Source: Desulfobacterales bacterium
GTDB taxonomy: Bacteria; Desulfobacterota; Desulfobacteria; Desulfobacterales; UBA5616
Length of the DNA stretch: 22,489 bases
Assembly (NCBI GenBank): GCA_046483495.1
Contig: JAWODC010000032.1
Coordinates: 1 to 22,489 of the forward strand
Direction of reading: 5' to 3'
A program made the position numbers and the translations under genes. The notes under the pieces were generated by a model. The model saw nothing but the letters and a program-made list of their open reading frames with translations, was not told where the DNA came from and ran no database searches. Below are positions 10,078 through 18,644 of the stretch, piece by piece; the stretch's first letter is position 1; every line of letters starts with the position of its first letter.

Positions 10078-10135
10078 TCCACCCGCATGATGTGAACCGT
10101 GCAACAGGGCCCGTTTGCAGAAACCGCTTTTCCTC

Positions 10136-10756
10136 TTATGGATTGGTTTTTCGCTCGATATGCGTTTTGATCAGGTTTTCCAACCGATAATGGAATCCGC
10201 CGTAAAAATGATCAGCCCCTTGGATGATTTCGAGCACAGCCTTGGATTGCCACTGATCCAGCTTTTTACGGATTTCGTCCGGGGGAGCGAAATCGTCCAG
10301 GCTTCCCGTGACCACAAGTTTCAGGTGACGCGAGAGGGCATCTCCTTCAAATGCCATCAGCCCCATCGGCGGCGATACGAACACGATGTTTTGAATGCCT
10401 AAGGCGTCGGCAATTGCCCGAGAAATAACCCAGGTTCCGAATGAGTACCCGGCAAGATCGATATGTTCAATGCCGATCCCGCTCAAAAAATTTACAGCCG
10501 AAATGAGGTCCCGCTGTTCGCCCCCGCCATTTTCGTAATGCCCCTGGCTTTTCCCAACGCCTCTGAAATTGAACTTCAGTGTACTGTATCCGTTTTCCCA
10601 ATAGGCATTGGCAATGGATTCCACAACGAAATCAAACATGTTTCCCCCATACAGCGGATGGGGATGAGCCACGACCACACCGTTATCCGAGGTATTCTGT
10701 TTGACAACTCCTTCAATCTGCAGTCCATCCGCATCGAAGGTCACGCGTTCTTCCAT
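10136..10756 (-). CDS. Alpha/beta hydrolase
   Basis: HPHPLYGGNM, FNFRGVGKSQG, nucleophile elbow GYSFG, GSLDDF, GADHF. Confidence 0.9.
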   Translation of the reverse strand: MEERVTFDADGLQIEGVVKQNTSDNGVVVAHPHPLYGGNMFDFVVESIANAYWENGYSTLKFNFRGVGKSQGHYENGGGEQRDLISAVNFLSGIGIEHIDLAGYSFGTWVISRAIADALGIQNIVFVSPPMGLMAFEGDALSRHLKLVVTGSLDDFAPPDEIRKKLDQWQSKAVLEIIQGADHFYGGFHYRLENLIKTHIERKTNP

Positions 10757-10796
10757 AGTTGGTTTCCATCCATTTCGAACGTTTTATTCCGATAAC

Positions 10797-11930
10797 TTAT
10801 GCCGTTTTTAATGCAGACAGCAGTTCTTTGCCGAATGCCTTTACCTGCCATTCTTTCAATGCATCGATTTTTTTCAAATCATTGATCGTTTCCGGCATGT
10901 TCAGGGCTATTGCGGTGACGGAAGGTTTTGCCAGGATCAATGCCGGTTCGATGCCAAGCTCACCGGATTTTTGCTCCTTCCATTTTTTCAATGCTTTAAT
11001 GCGCTCCTGGTCTCTTACTCTGAATGAGGGGCTTCGCCGCCTGGGATAGACCGGAAGATGCCTCGGGGCGATCGTTAAAGCGTCTTTGACGGCGCAAATG
11101 ACCGCATCGCCGTACATGTCGATCTGAGTCTGACTCAATATCCCGAGCTTCGCAAGCTGTTTTTTGCTGGGGGGCGCATGGCGGACGATTTTTGTGATTG
11201 CTGAATTTTGAAGCACCTTGAAGAGGGGCTTGTCTTTTCTTTCCGCAATGTGTCGGCGCATTTGAAGAAGGCTTTCAAGAACCGCCAGGTTTCTAGGTTT
11301 TAGCGATCCGGCTCCCTTAAAATTTAAGTAAAGAGGACCTTGGTTGTTGGAGGACGGCCGCACCCGGCTTAAAAGCCGGCATTCCTCTTTCACCCACTGA
11401 AGGCGGTTTTTTTCGCGCAGCTTTTTTTCCAGGATACGGGCGAGGGGAATCAGGTAAAGGGTGTCATTCGCTGCATAATTCAGCATTGTCATCGGCAGGG
11501 GGCGCTTTGACCAATCCTTTTTCTGGAATCGTTTATCCAGGGAAATGTTAAAAAAGCGCTGCAGCAGAGCTTCCAACCCGGTTTCTTCGAAACCGAGAAA
11601 CCGGGAGGCCAGCTGCGTGTCGAACAGCGTATGTACATCGAACTGAAAGTCTCTGGCAAGGGATCTGATGTCATAATCCGCCCCGTGGAAAATCTTTCGA
11701 ATGGCCTCGTCGGCAAATACGTCTTTCAAAGGCGACAGATCGGGGATTTTCAAGGGATCGATAATAAAATTTGCGGAATTGGAGGTTATCTGCAGCAGGC
11801 AGACTTTTTCTTTAAAATGATACATGGAATCCGATTCCAGGTCCACGGCTATATTTTTCTCCCGCAGCAAAGAGACGGCCGCTTTATCGAGGTCGGCGGG
11901 CTTTTCGATGAGATAATATTCGTTTTTCAT
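10797..11930 (-). CDS. rnd: Ribonuclease D (3'-5' exonuclease with HRDC domains)
   Basis: AVDLE, KIFHGADYD, FDTQLA, DWSKRPL, YAANDT; HRDC-like C-terminal region. Confidence 0.9.
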   Translation of the reverse strand: MKNEYYLIEKPADLDKAAVSLLREKNIAVDLESDSMYHFKEKVCLLQITSNSANFIIDPLKIPDLSPLKDVFADEAIRKIFHGADYDIRSLARDFQFDVHTLFDTQLASRFLGFEETGLEALLQRFFNISLDKRFQKKDWSKRPLPMTMLNYAANDTLYLIPLARILEKKLREKNRLQWVKEECRLLSRVRPSSNNQGPLYLNFKGAGSLKPRNLAVLESLLQMRRHIAERKDKPLFKVLQNSAITKIVRHAPPSKKQLAKLGILSQTQIDMYGDAVICAVKDALTIAPRHLPVYPRRRSPSFRVRDQERIKALKKWKEQKSGELGIEPALILAKPSVTAIALNMPETINDLKKIDALKEWQVKAFGKELLSALKTA

Positions 11931-12017
11931 TTTATGGTAAACGGTATCCTGTATCTGAATCGTATCTTCAGGGCGGAGAGGGTGCCGTTTTAAGCATCCA
12001 GATTTTTCTTGACCCGA

Positions 12018-12092
12018 ATCCCTAATTCACATAGGGATATGGTTTTTCAGGCGCATGTCAAGCGCCCCGGAATCCCTCCGGAATGTTACATT
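12018..12092 (+). promoter_or_regulatory. Cluster of inverted repeats in the rnd/thrS divergent intergenic region
   Basis: ATCCCTA-N7-TAGGGAT (12018-12038), GGCGC-ATGTCAA-GCGCC (12050-12066), CCGGA-N5-TCCGG (12067-12081), AATGT-T-ACATT (12082-12092); TTGACC at 12009-12014. Confidence 0.4.
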
Positions 12093-12135
12093 TTTTATCG
12101 GATAAATGCAGTGATCACATTTTAACGGGTACGCC

Positions 12136-14061
12136 ATGGTAGACATTACATTTCCAGATGGTCACGTGAAGCACTTCGAAGGCAATCCCACGGGATTTGA
12201 CGTCGCTAAAAGTGTTTCTGAAGGGCTGGCAAGAAACTGTGTCGCAATGGAAATCGATTCTACGCCGGTTGACTTGAATACCGAAATAAAGCGCGATGCA
12301 AAAATTCGCCTGCTTACCACCAAGGATCCTGAATCGCTGGAAGTTCTGCGCCACAGTGCGGCGCACGTTATGGCTCATGCTATACAGAATCTTTATAAAA
12401 ATGTCAAGCTTACCATCGGTCCGGTGGTGGAGGACGGATTTTACTACGATATCGATATGGAGCCGGTTTCGGAAGAGGACTTCGAAAAAATCGAAGCTGA
12501 AATGAAGCGCATTATCAAGGCGAAGATGCCGTTTAGGCGCGAGGTTGTTTCAAAAGAAGAGGCCCTTAAGCACTACGAAGGTGAACCGTACAAGACGGAA
12601 ATGATCGAGGAATTGGAGGACGGGACGATTTCATTTTATACGGAAGGGGATTTTACGGATCTCTGCCGCGGCCCCCATATTCCTCACACGGGCTTTATCA
12701 AGGCGTTCAAGCTGATGAAGGTTTCCGGGGCCTACTGGCGTGCGGATCCGAAAAACCCTCAGCTTCAGCGGATATACGGGACCGCTTTTTTCGACAAGAA
12801 AGAACTGAACACATATCTGGCATATCTCGAGGAGGCGAAAAAGCGGAACCACCGGAGAATCGGAACGGCGCTCGACCTGTTTTCATTCCACGAAGAGGCC
12901 CCGGGCATGGCCTTTTTTCACGCCAACGGCATGGCCGTTTGGAATGCCCTGCTGGCGTATTGGCGTGAAGAGCACAAAAAAGCGGGGTATGTGGAGACAA
13001 AGACCCCGATTTTGCTGCACCGTAAATTATGGGAGCGGAGCGGACACTGGGAAAACTACCGGGAAAACATGTATACCGCCGTTATCGATGAAGAGGAGTA
13101 CGCCATCAAGCCGATGAACTGCCCCGGCGGGATGCTGCTGTTCGGGTCCACCCACCATTCCTACAAGGACCTGCCCATGCGCGTGGCGGAAATCGGATTG
13201 GTTCACCGGCACGAATTGAGCGGGGTGCTGTCCGGTCTGTTCCGGGTCCGTGCGTTTCATCAGGATGATGCCCATATTTTCATGACGCCCGATCAAATTC
13301 AGGATGAAATTCTGGGAGTGTTGAAGCTTGTGGATCGCATGTACAGCACCCTGGATTTGGATTTTCACCTCGAGCTGTCAACCCGGCCGGAAAAATCCAT
13401 CGGCACGGACGAGCAGTGGGAGACGGCGACCAATGGACTTCAATCCGCGCTTGAGGTTTACGGGCGAGGGTATAAAATCAACGAGGGCGACGGCGCATTC
13501 TACGGCCCTAAAATCGACATTCACATCAGGGACGCCCTCGGCCGCACGTGGCAGTGCGGCACCATTCAACTGGACATGAATATGCCGGAGCGGTTTGATT
13601 TGTCTTACGTGGGTCCGGATAATGAAAAACATCGTCCCGTCATGATCCACCGGGTGGTGCTTGGATCCATCGAGCGGTTTTTCGGCATCCTGGTTGAGCA
13701 TTTCGCAGGAAAATTTCCGTTGTGGCTGACGCCGGTTCAGGTGATCGTATTGCCGATCAACGATGATCTGACCCCCTATGCCGGTGAAGTGCACCGAACT
13801 ATGGAAGAGGCCGGCCTTCGTTCCGAACTGGACAGCCGCACAGAAAGTCTGAACAAAAAAGTACGGGAGGCCCAGCTCAGGCATATACCGCTGATTCTGA
13901 CCATCGGAGCCAAAGAAAAAGAATCCGGAAATCTGGCCGTGAGAACATTGGATGGAAAGGTAAGATACGATATTCCCACAAAGACTTTCCTCGAAAAGGT
14001 AAAGCGGCATATTTCCCAGCGCAAACCGGACTTCACGATGTTCGAGGAGCGAGTTCGATGA
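12136..14061 (+). CDS. thrS: Threonine--tRNA ligase
   Basis: TGS domain, LRHSAAHVMA, DLCRGPH, KPMNCP, FYGPKID, WQCGTIQLD, PVMIHR, GSIERF and anticodon-binding domain. Confidence 0.98.
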   Translation: MVDITFPDGHVKHFEGNPTGFDVAKSVSEGLARNCVAMEIDSTPVDLNTEIKRDAKIRLLTTKDPESLEVLRHSAAHVMAHAIQNLYKNVKLTIGPVVEDGFYYDIDMEPVSEEDFEKIEAEMKRIIKAKMPFRREVVSKEEALKHYEGEPYKTEMIEELEDGTISFYTEGDFTDLCRGPHIPHTGFIKAFKLMKVSGAYWRADPKNPQLQRIYGTAFFDKKELNTYLAYLEEAKKRNHRRIGTALDLFSFHEEAPGMAFFHANGMAVWNALLAYWREEHKKAGYVETKTPILLHRKLWERSGHWENYRENMYTAVIDEEEYAIKPMNCPGGMLLFGSTHHSYKDLPMRVAEIGLVHRHELSGVLSGLFRVRAFHQDDAHIFMTPDQIQDEILGVLKLVDRMYSTLDLDFHLELSTRPEKSIGTDEQWETATNGLQSALEVYGRGYKINEGDGAFYGPKIDIHIRDALGRTWQCGTIQLDMNMPERFDLSYVGPDNEKHRPVMIHRVVLGSIERFFGILVEHFAGKFPLWLTPVQVIVLPINDDLTPYAGEVHRTMEEAGLRSELDSRTESLNKKVREAQLRHIPLILTIGAKEKESGNLAVRTLDGKVRYDIPTKTFLEKVKRHISQRKPDFTMFEERVR

Positions 14062-14264
14062 AAAAAAACGCCGGTGTCACCACATCCGCTATCACATGGT
14101 GCGATTTGCGATGCCCGCATGCCGATTTTGCCAGAACCGATGCGCTGGACGGCAGCTGCCGGACGTTTCAGTCCCTGTGGTGTAAAAAGCTTGAAAAACA
14201 TGTAACGAAAAATGCACCCTGCGAAGTCGAATTCGGCAGTCGGCGTCCTACGACCGGATGGTGA
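14058..14264 (+). CDS. Small Cys-rich hypothetical protein translationally coupled to thrS
   Basis: ATGA overlap with the thrS stop, GAGGAG upstream; 5 Cys (WCDLRC...GSCRTF...LWC...APC). Confidence 0.7.
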   Translation: MKKNAGVTTSAITWCDLRCPHADFARTDALDGSCRTFQSLWCKKLEKHVTKNAPCEVEFGSRRPTTGW

Positions 14265-14299
14265 AGCCGTATCCTGCAGGTGGTCGCATTCAGCGCCTG

Positions 14300-14713
14300 A
14301 TGACACAAAATAAAACCCGCATACTGGTGAATTGGTTTTTAGTGCTGGCCTACTGTAGTGCTGTTTTTTTTCTTTCTTCGTCCGCATCGCCCCAAGCGCT
14401 TCCAAGTTTTGCCAATGCCGACAAAATAATGCATTTTATCGCCTTTTTTATTTTGGGGATCTTGTTTTTCCGGGCTTATCGGGCCTGGAAAATGAAGCCT
14501 TTATATCTGGTGGTGCTAACCTTGATTTCTTCAACCCTGTTTGGTGCTTTAATTGAAATCCGCCAGTATTATCTGCCTTACAGGAGTGCGGAAATAAACG
14601 ACATCTTCGCCGATGTGGTCGGATGCCTGGCCGGCATAGCGGTTTATCTTGTGTTCATCCGCATCAATCATCTGTTCGCGGCGGAAAAGAAACGAACCTC
14701 AACCACAATCTGA
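14300..14713 (+). CDS. VanZ-family membrane protein
   Basis: LSS, DKIMHFIAFFILG, IEIRQYYLPYRSA, DIFADVVG; about 4 TM segments. Start may be 14258 or 14300. Confidence 0.88.
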   Translation: MTQNKTRILVNWFLVLAYCSAVFFLSSSASPQALPSFANADKIMHFIAFFILGILFFRAYRAWKMKPLYLVVLTLISSTLFGALIEIRQYYLPYRSAEINDIFADVVGCLAGIAVYLVFIRINHLFAAEKKRTSTTI

Positions 14714-14773
14714 CGGCGGTCACCTGTTTTATACCGCATGCGCCCGCATGGAAGCAAATGCCGAGAGGTGGGG

Positions 14774-15508
14774 ATGGATAAACAGTTGAATATTTATGAT
14801 CATGTAAAACAAAAGGCTGCGCGTATCTTCGAAGACCACGGGCTTCTCAGTCAAACCGTTCGCATCAAGGCACGGGCCCTCAGCCCGGAAGAGGCCATCG
14901 GCAATCCTGAAGGGGACGATTTTCCGATTCAAAAGGGCAAGGAGCGCCTGATGCAGGCGGACATTCGCGGTTCCCTGGGACAGGCGTTTACCGACCGATT
15001 CGGCGATTATGAAGGCACCTTGGCGGATATTCTGTCCGTCGAACCGACCAACAACTACCGCAGGGCCGTTTTTGCCGCCGCAATCAATGCCGCGCTGAGG
15101 TATCTCGGGCGCATCGAAAGCACGGTGCACTGTCGGGACGCCGAACCTGCACATTGTGCCGAGGCTCTTGCCGAACATATTCAACAGCGGTATGGACGTG
15201 TACGAATCACTCAAGTCGGATATCAGCCCAAAATGGTGGAAACCCTGGGCGACCGATTCGAACTCCGGGTTCTGGACATGGACCCGGACAATCTTGGCGT
15301 TCGCAAACACGGCGTTTTGATCGAACCCCCTGAAAACACCGATGCGGCCGTGGAATGGGCCGACCTGCTTGTCGTCACGGGAACGGTTCTGGTAAACGGC
15401 ACGCTTCCGAATTTCCTGGTGGATAAGCCGGTGATTTTTTACGGCACCACGATTGCGGGAGCGGCATGGTTGATGGGATGGAACCGATTTTGCGCCTGCG
15501 GGAAATAA
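14774..15508 (+). CDS. DUF364 / Rossmann-like domain protein
   Basis: EEAIGNP..DDFPIQKGKERLMQA, GQAFTD, AAINA, ADLLVVTGTVLVNGT, FYGTTIAG. ATG 14774 follows GAGGTG. Confidence 0.8.
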   Translation: MDKQLNIYDHVKQKAARIFEDHGLLSQTVRIKARALSPEEAIGNPEGDDFPIQKGKERLMQADIRGSLGQAFTDRFGDYEGTLADILSVEPTNNYRRAVFAAAINAALRYLGRIESTVHCRDAEPAHCAEALAEHIQQRYGRVRITQVGYQPKMVETLGDRFELRVLDMDPDNLGVRKHGVLIEPPENTDAAVEWADLLVVTGTVLVNGTLPNFLVDKPVIFYGTTIAGAAWLMGWNRFCACGK

Positions 15509-15625
15509 ATCACCGGTTGTCGGCGGCTTGACTTGTATTCCCTCGTCGTCAGCTGACGGCATCGGCCGGGCAGTAAGGGATGCGCTGCATCTTATTTGCA
15601 CCTCCGGCCTTCTCGAATTGCCTTG

Positions 15626-16057
15626 TCAGGATTTCAGCGGTTCGAATACGGCGTTTTCGGTGGTCACGGCGATCAGCCGGGAGTCGGACAATGCCGCGGT
15701 GCGGTGGACGGCCGCTTTCAGGTATTCGGAATCTGTGGCCATCTTGAAAAACGCCTTGCGCGAGGGGTATTCCACCAAGAGGGCCTCATCCCAGGATTCG
15801 GCCGATGGGCCGATGACCACGTTCTGGACACTTCCCTGCCATATCAGCCGTCCGCCCACTGCCGCCACTTTCTCTCCGGCCAGGGCGCCGTAGCGCTCGT
15901 AGGCCTCACGGCCGGAACACGGCTCGACATCCATGCCCTCCGGATAATTGGCACGTTCTCGGAACTTCAGCAGGTTGATCATCAGGATAGGAGTTTCATC
16001 GTCGGCTTTTTTCATGAGGGCTTCCATTTGTTCGGGAAGGGGATGAATGTTTTCCAT
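15626..16057 (-). CDS. DUF1330 domain protein
   Basis: PILMINLLKFRERA, SGREAYERYG, WDEALLVEYPSRKAF, HRTAAL; RBS AAGGA upstream. Confidence 0.85.
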   Translation of the reverse strand: MENIHPLPEQMEALMKKADDETPILMINLLKFRERANYPEGMDVEPCSGREAYERYGALAGEKVAAVGGRLIWQGSVQNVVIGPSAESWDEALLVEYPSRKAFFKMATDSEYLKAAVHRTAALSDSRLIAVTTENAVFEPLKS

Positions 16058-16300
16058 CGGTTTTTCCTTTCTTTATTTGAAGCGTGATCCGTTCCGATGT
16101 GGGATACGGTATTTTCCTCACTGCCGGCGTTGAAATCGGGCGGCGTTACACGTTTTAACTTGCCGTAACTGCGATTGCAAGGGCTTTATCCTTAAAATAA
16201 TGGGTTGACGAAAACGGCTTTTTTCCTGAATATGATCTTCACAGATTCATGGTATTTCATGCGATACCCGCAAAAACCCGGACCGAAAAGGACTTATCCA

Positions 16301-18418
16301 ATGCCCATCGAAAAAATACCCACGTTCTGCCGCGTCTGCGAAGCCTCGTGCGGACTCGTAGCTGAGCGGGAAAATAACACCATTTTATCCCTTCGACCGG
16401 ATAAAACCCATCCCGTAACGCAAGGCTATGCGTGTCCTAAAGGGATTCTGGCCCTTGACATGCACCGGGACGAAGACCGTTTGAATGTTCCATGGAAACG
16501 GACCAACAGCCGGAAAGAGGAATTGGGTGATTTCGACGGAATCGACTGGGATGCGGCGGCACAGGATATCGGTCTTCGGCTGCAGCACATTATCGACACC
16601 TATGGAACCGACGCCGTGGGGATGTACATCGGCAATCCCACCGCATTCAACTCCCTTCTGGGCCCGGCTATCGGCTTGTTTGCCCGAAAAATCGGCTGCA
16701 GCCGGACATTCAGCTCCGGGACACAGGACTGCACCAATAAATTCGCTGCGACAGAGGCGGTTTTCGGTACGGCCACGCTGCATCCCATTCCGGACATCGA
16801 AAACACCGACTACCTGTTGATCATCGGCGAGAACCCCAAAATTTCGCGCATGAGTTTTATTGCCGTATCGGATCCCATGGCCAAAATTCGGGCGGCCAAA
16901 AAACGGGGCGCCGTTATTCGTTACATTAATCCGCGAAAGATCGAATCCGCCGACGATATGGGAGAGGTTATCCGGATCAAACCGGACACCGATCTGTATT
17001 TTCTTGCCGCCGTGCTGTTCGAGATTGAACGACTGGGGGGCTTCAAAGACGATGAGATCGCGGTACACGGGAAGCACATCGATGGTCTGAAAGGGTTTAT
17101 CCGCCGATATTCGCCCGAACGGGTGGAGAAGATCGTTGGGATTCCGGCGGAGGTGATCCGTGGTATCGCGCGGGAATTCTCCAGCGCGAAAAAAGCGGCC
17201 GTCCACATGTCCACCGGCGTCAACATGGGGCGGCAGGGGACTCTGACCTACTGGCTGGTCCAGATGCTGAGCTTCGCCACCGGAAACCTGGACGCGGAAG
17301 GCGGAAACTACTATGCCCTGGGGTTTTATCCGGCGGCCAAATCCGGCCGCACGAAAACCCATGATCCGTATTTCGAATCCCCCTTCGGCCCGGTGAGGAC
17401 CATCATGGGCAATCTCCCCGGAAACCTGATGGCCGACATGATCGACATGGAAAAAGACCCCATTCGCGCGCTGTTTGTGATATCGGGCAATCCCGTACTG
17501 GCCATTGCCGGGGAGGAAACGATCCGTAAAGCCTTTACAAAACTGGAACTGCTCGTGGTCCTGGATATTTATCGGAATGCCACCGCCGAGATGGCCGATT
17601 TTATCCTGCCCTGCGCGGACATGCTGGAGCGGGCGGATGTGAACACCTGCGGCATCGGCCTTCAATATCGTCCATACGCGCAGTTTACGGAAGCCGTGGT
17701 TCCGCCGCGGTTCGAACGCAAAGAGCAGTGGTGGATCCTGTCCCGGATCGAACAGGCGATGGGCCTTTCGTCCGTACTGGACGATCCGGATTACGACCCA
17801 TGGGGGCGGCTGAATAAAATGCTCTCCCACGTGGATCTATCCACCGAAACGCTGAAAAGTCTTCCGCATGGGACGGCGCTTCTGCCCGAATCCGGCAGGG
17901 GCCGCTTCTACAGCGACTGGCTGCAAACGCCGGACAAAAAGGTGGACTGCCGGCCGGTGGCTTTCGATGAAACGATCCAGACGGCGGAAGTAATCTTCCG
18001 TGAGCTCGAAAACGAGCCCGAAGATCAGTTGAAGCTGATCACATTGAGAAATGCTTTTATGCACAACTCCTGGTATCACAACCTGGAAAAACTCAAAAAG
18101 GGCGAACATCTGTCCAACCCGCTGTATATCAGCCCGGCGGACGCCGAACGCAAAAGGATCCAAAACGGCGGCAAGGTCCGCATGTACAACCAATGGGGCA
18201 GCATCGAAGCAGTCGTAAGAATTGACGACCGTCTTCGAGAGGGCGTTGTCTGCATGGCCCACGGCTGGGGAAACCAGAAAACCCCGGGCATGCAAGTCGC
18301 CCGAAAATACCCGGGGGTAAATGTCAACCGCCTGCTCCCCCACGGGCCGGGCAGCTACGAAAAGATCAGCAACCAGGCCCACATGACCGGCATCCCGGTA
18401 TGGATCGATAAAATTTAA
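16301..18418 (+). CDS. Molybdopterin-dependent oxidoreductase (DMSO reductase superfamily, uncharacterised subfamily)
   Basis: N-terminal CRVCEASCG...ACPKG 4Fe-4S motif, YIGNP, IIGENP, GNP, DIYRNATAEMADFILP, and C-terminal MGD-binding domain (HNSW, HGWG). No twin-arginine signal. Confidence 0.92.
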   Translation: MPIEKIPTFCRVCEASCGLVAERENNTILSLRPDKTHPVTQGYACPKGILALDMHRDEDRLNVPWKRTNSRKEELGDFDGIDWDAAAQDIGLRLQHIIDTYGTDAVGMYIGNPTAFNSLLGPAIGLFARKIGCSRTFSSGTQDCTNKFAATEAVFGTATLHPIPDIENTDYLLIIGENPKISRMSFIAVSDPMAKIRAAKKRGAVIRYINPRKIESADDMGEVIRIKPDTDLYFLAAVLFEIERLGGFKDDEIAVHGKHIDGLKGFIRRYSPERVEKIVGIPAEVIRGIAREFSSAKKAAVHMSTGVNMGRQGTLTYWLVQMLSFATGNLDAEGGNYYALGFYPAAKSGRTKTHDPYFESPFGPVRTIMGNLPGNLMADMIDMEKDPIRALFVISGNPVLAIAGEETIRKAFTKLELLVVLDIYRNATAEMADFILPCADMLERADVNTCGIGLQYRPYAQFTEAVVPPRFERKEQWWILSRIEQAMGLSSVLDDPDYDPWGRLNKMLSHVDLSTETLKSLPHGTALLPESGRGRFYSDWLQTPDKKVDCRPVAFDETIQTAEVIFRELENEPEDQLKLITLRNAFMHNSWYHNLEKLKKGEHLSNPLYISPADAERKRIQNGGKVRMYNQWGSIEAVVRIDDRLREGVVCMAHGWGNQKTPGMQVARKYPGVNVNRLLPHGPGSYEKISNQAHMTGIPVWIDKI

Positions 18419-18419
18419 A

Positions 18420-18568
18420 ATCGAAATCGAAACGGAAATCGAAATCGCTATCGGGATCGGGTATTGATATTACGTAAACGAGTAGTAATAATCAGCCGCC
18501 GAAATCGAAACAGAAGCATAGCAATCGAAAGTAAAAATAAAGAAAAAAAATTCGATACCGATCCCGAT
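18420..18568. repeat. Degenerate ATCGNN hexamer tandem repeat with an inverted arm
   Basis: ATCGAA ATCGAA ACGGAA ATCGAA ATCGCT ATCGGG ATCGGG (18420-18461) and the reverse-oriented TTCGAT ACCGAT CCCGAT (18551-18568). Confidence 0.8.
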
Positions 18569-18644
18569 GGAAAACCGAAAAGATGGAAGAGAGAAGATTT
18601 GTACGAGAAAAACGTTCAATAAAACCGTGAAAAAGGAATCGAAT

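Noticed and set aside
11931..12135. T-box riboswitch upstream of thrS
   Set aside because: No T-box consensus (TGGTACC-type) or terminator/antiterminator, and the space is short.
2612..14264. Selenocysteine readthrough at other TGA stops (aor, msrA, FmdB, thrS, Cys-rich ORF)
   Set aside because: These proteins appear complete at their stops, and the TGAs are not in a Cys-type redox motif.
15549..15590. Minus-strand micro-ORF MQRIPYCPADAVS with a GGAGG RBS after DUF1330
   Set aside because: Only 13 codons. It may be the stub of a deleted gene but cannot be supported from the sequence alone.
16385..17830. 481-aa minus-strand ORF
   Set aside because: Antisense shadow of the molybdopterin oxidoreductase with no recognisable motifs. 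The same applies to 1574-2302, 13378-14010, 14729-15601 and 21039-21590.
18420..18568. Possible CRISPR array
   Set aside because: Units are 6 bp with no constant 23-47 bp repeat and unique spacers, and there are no cas genes.
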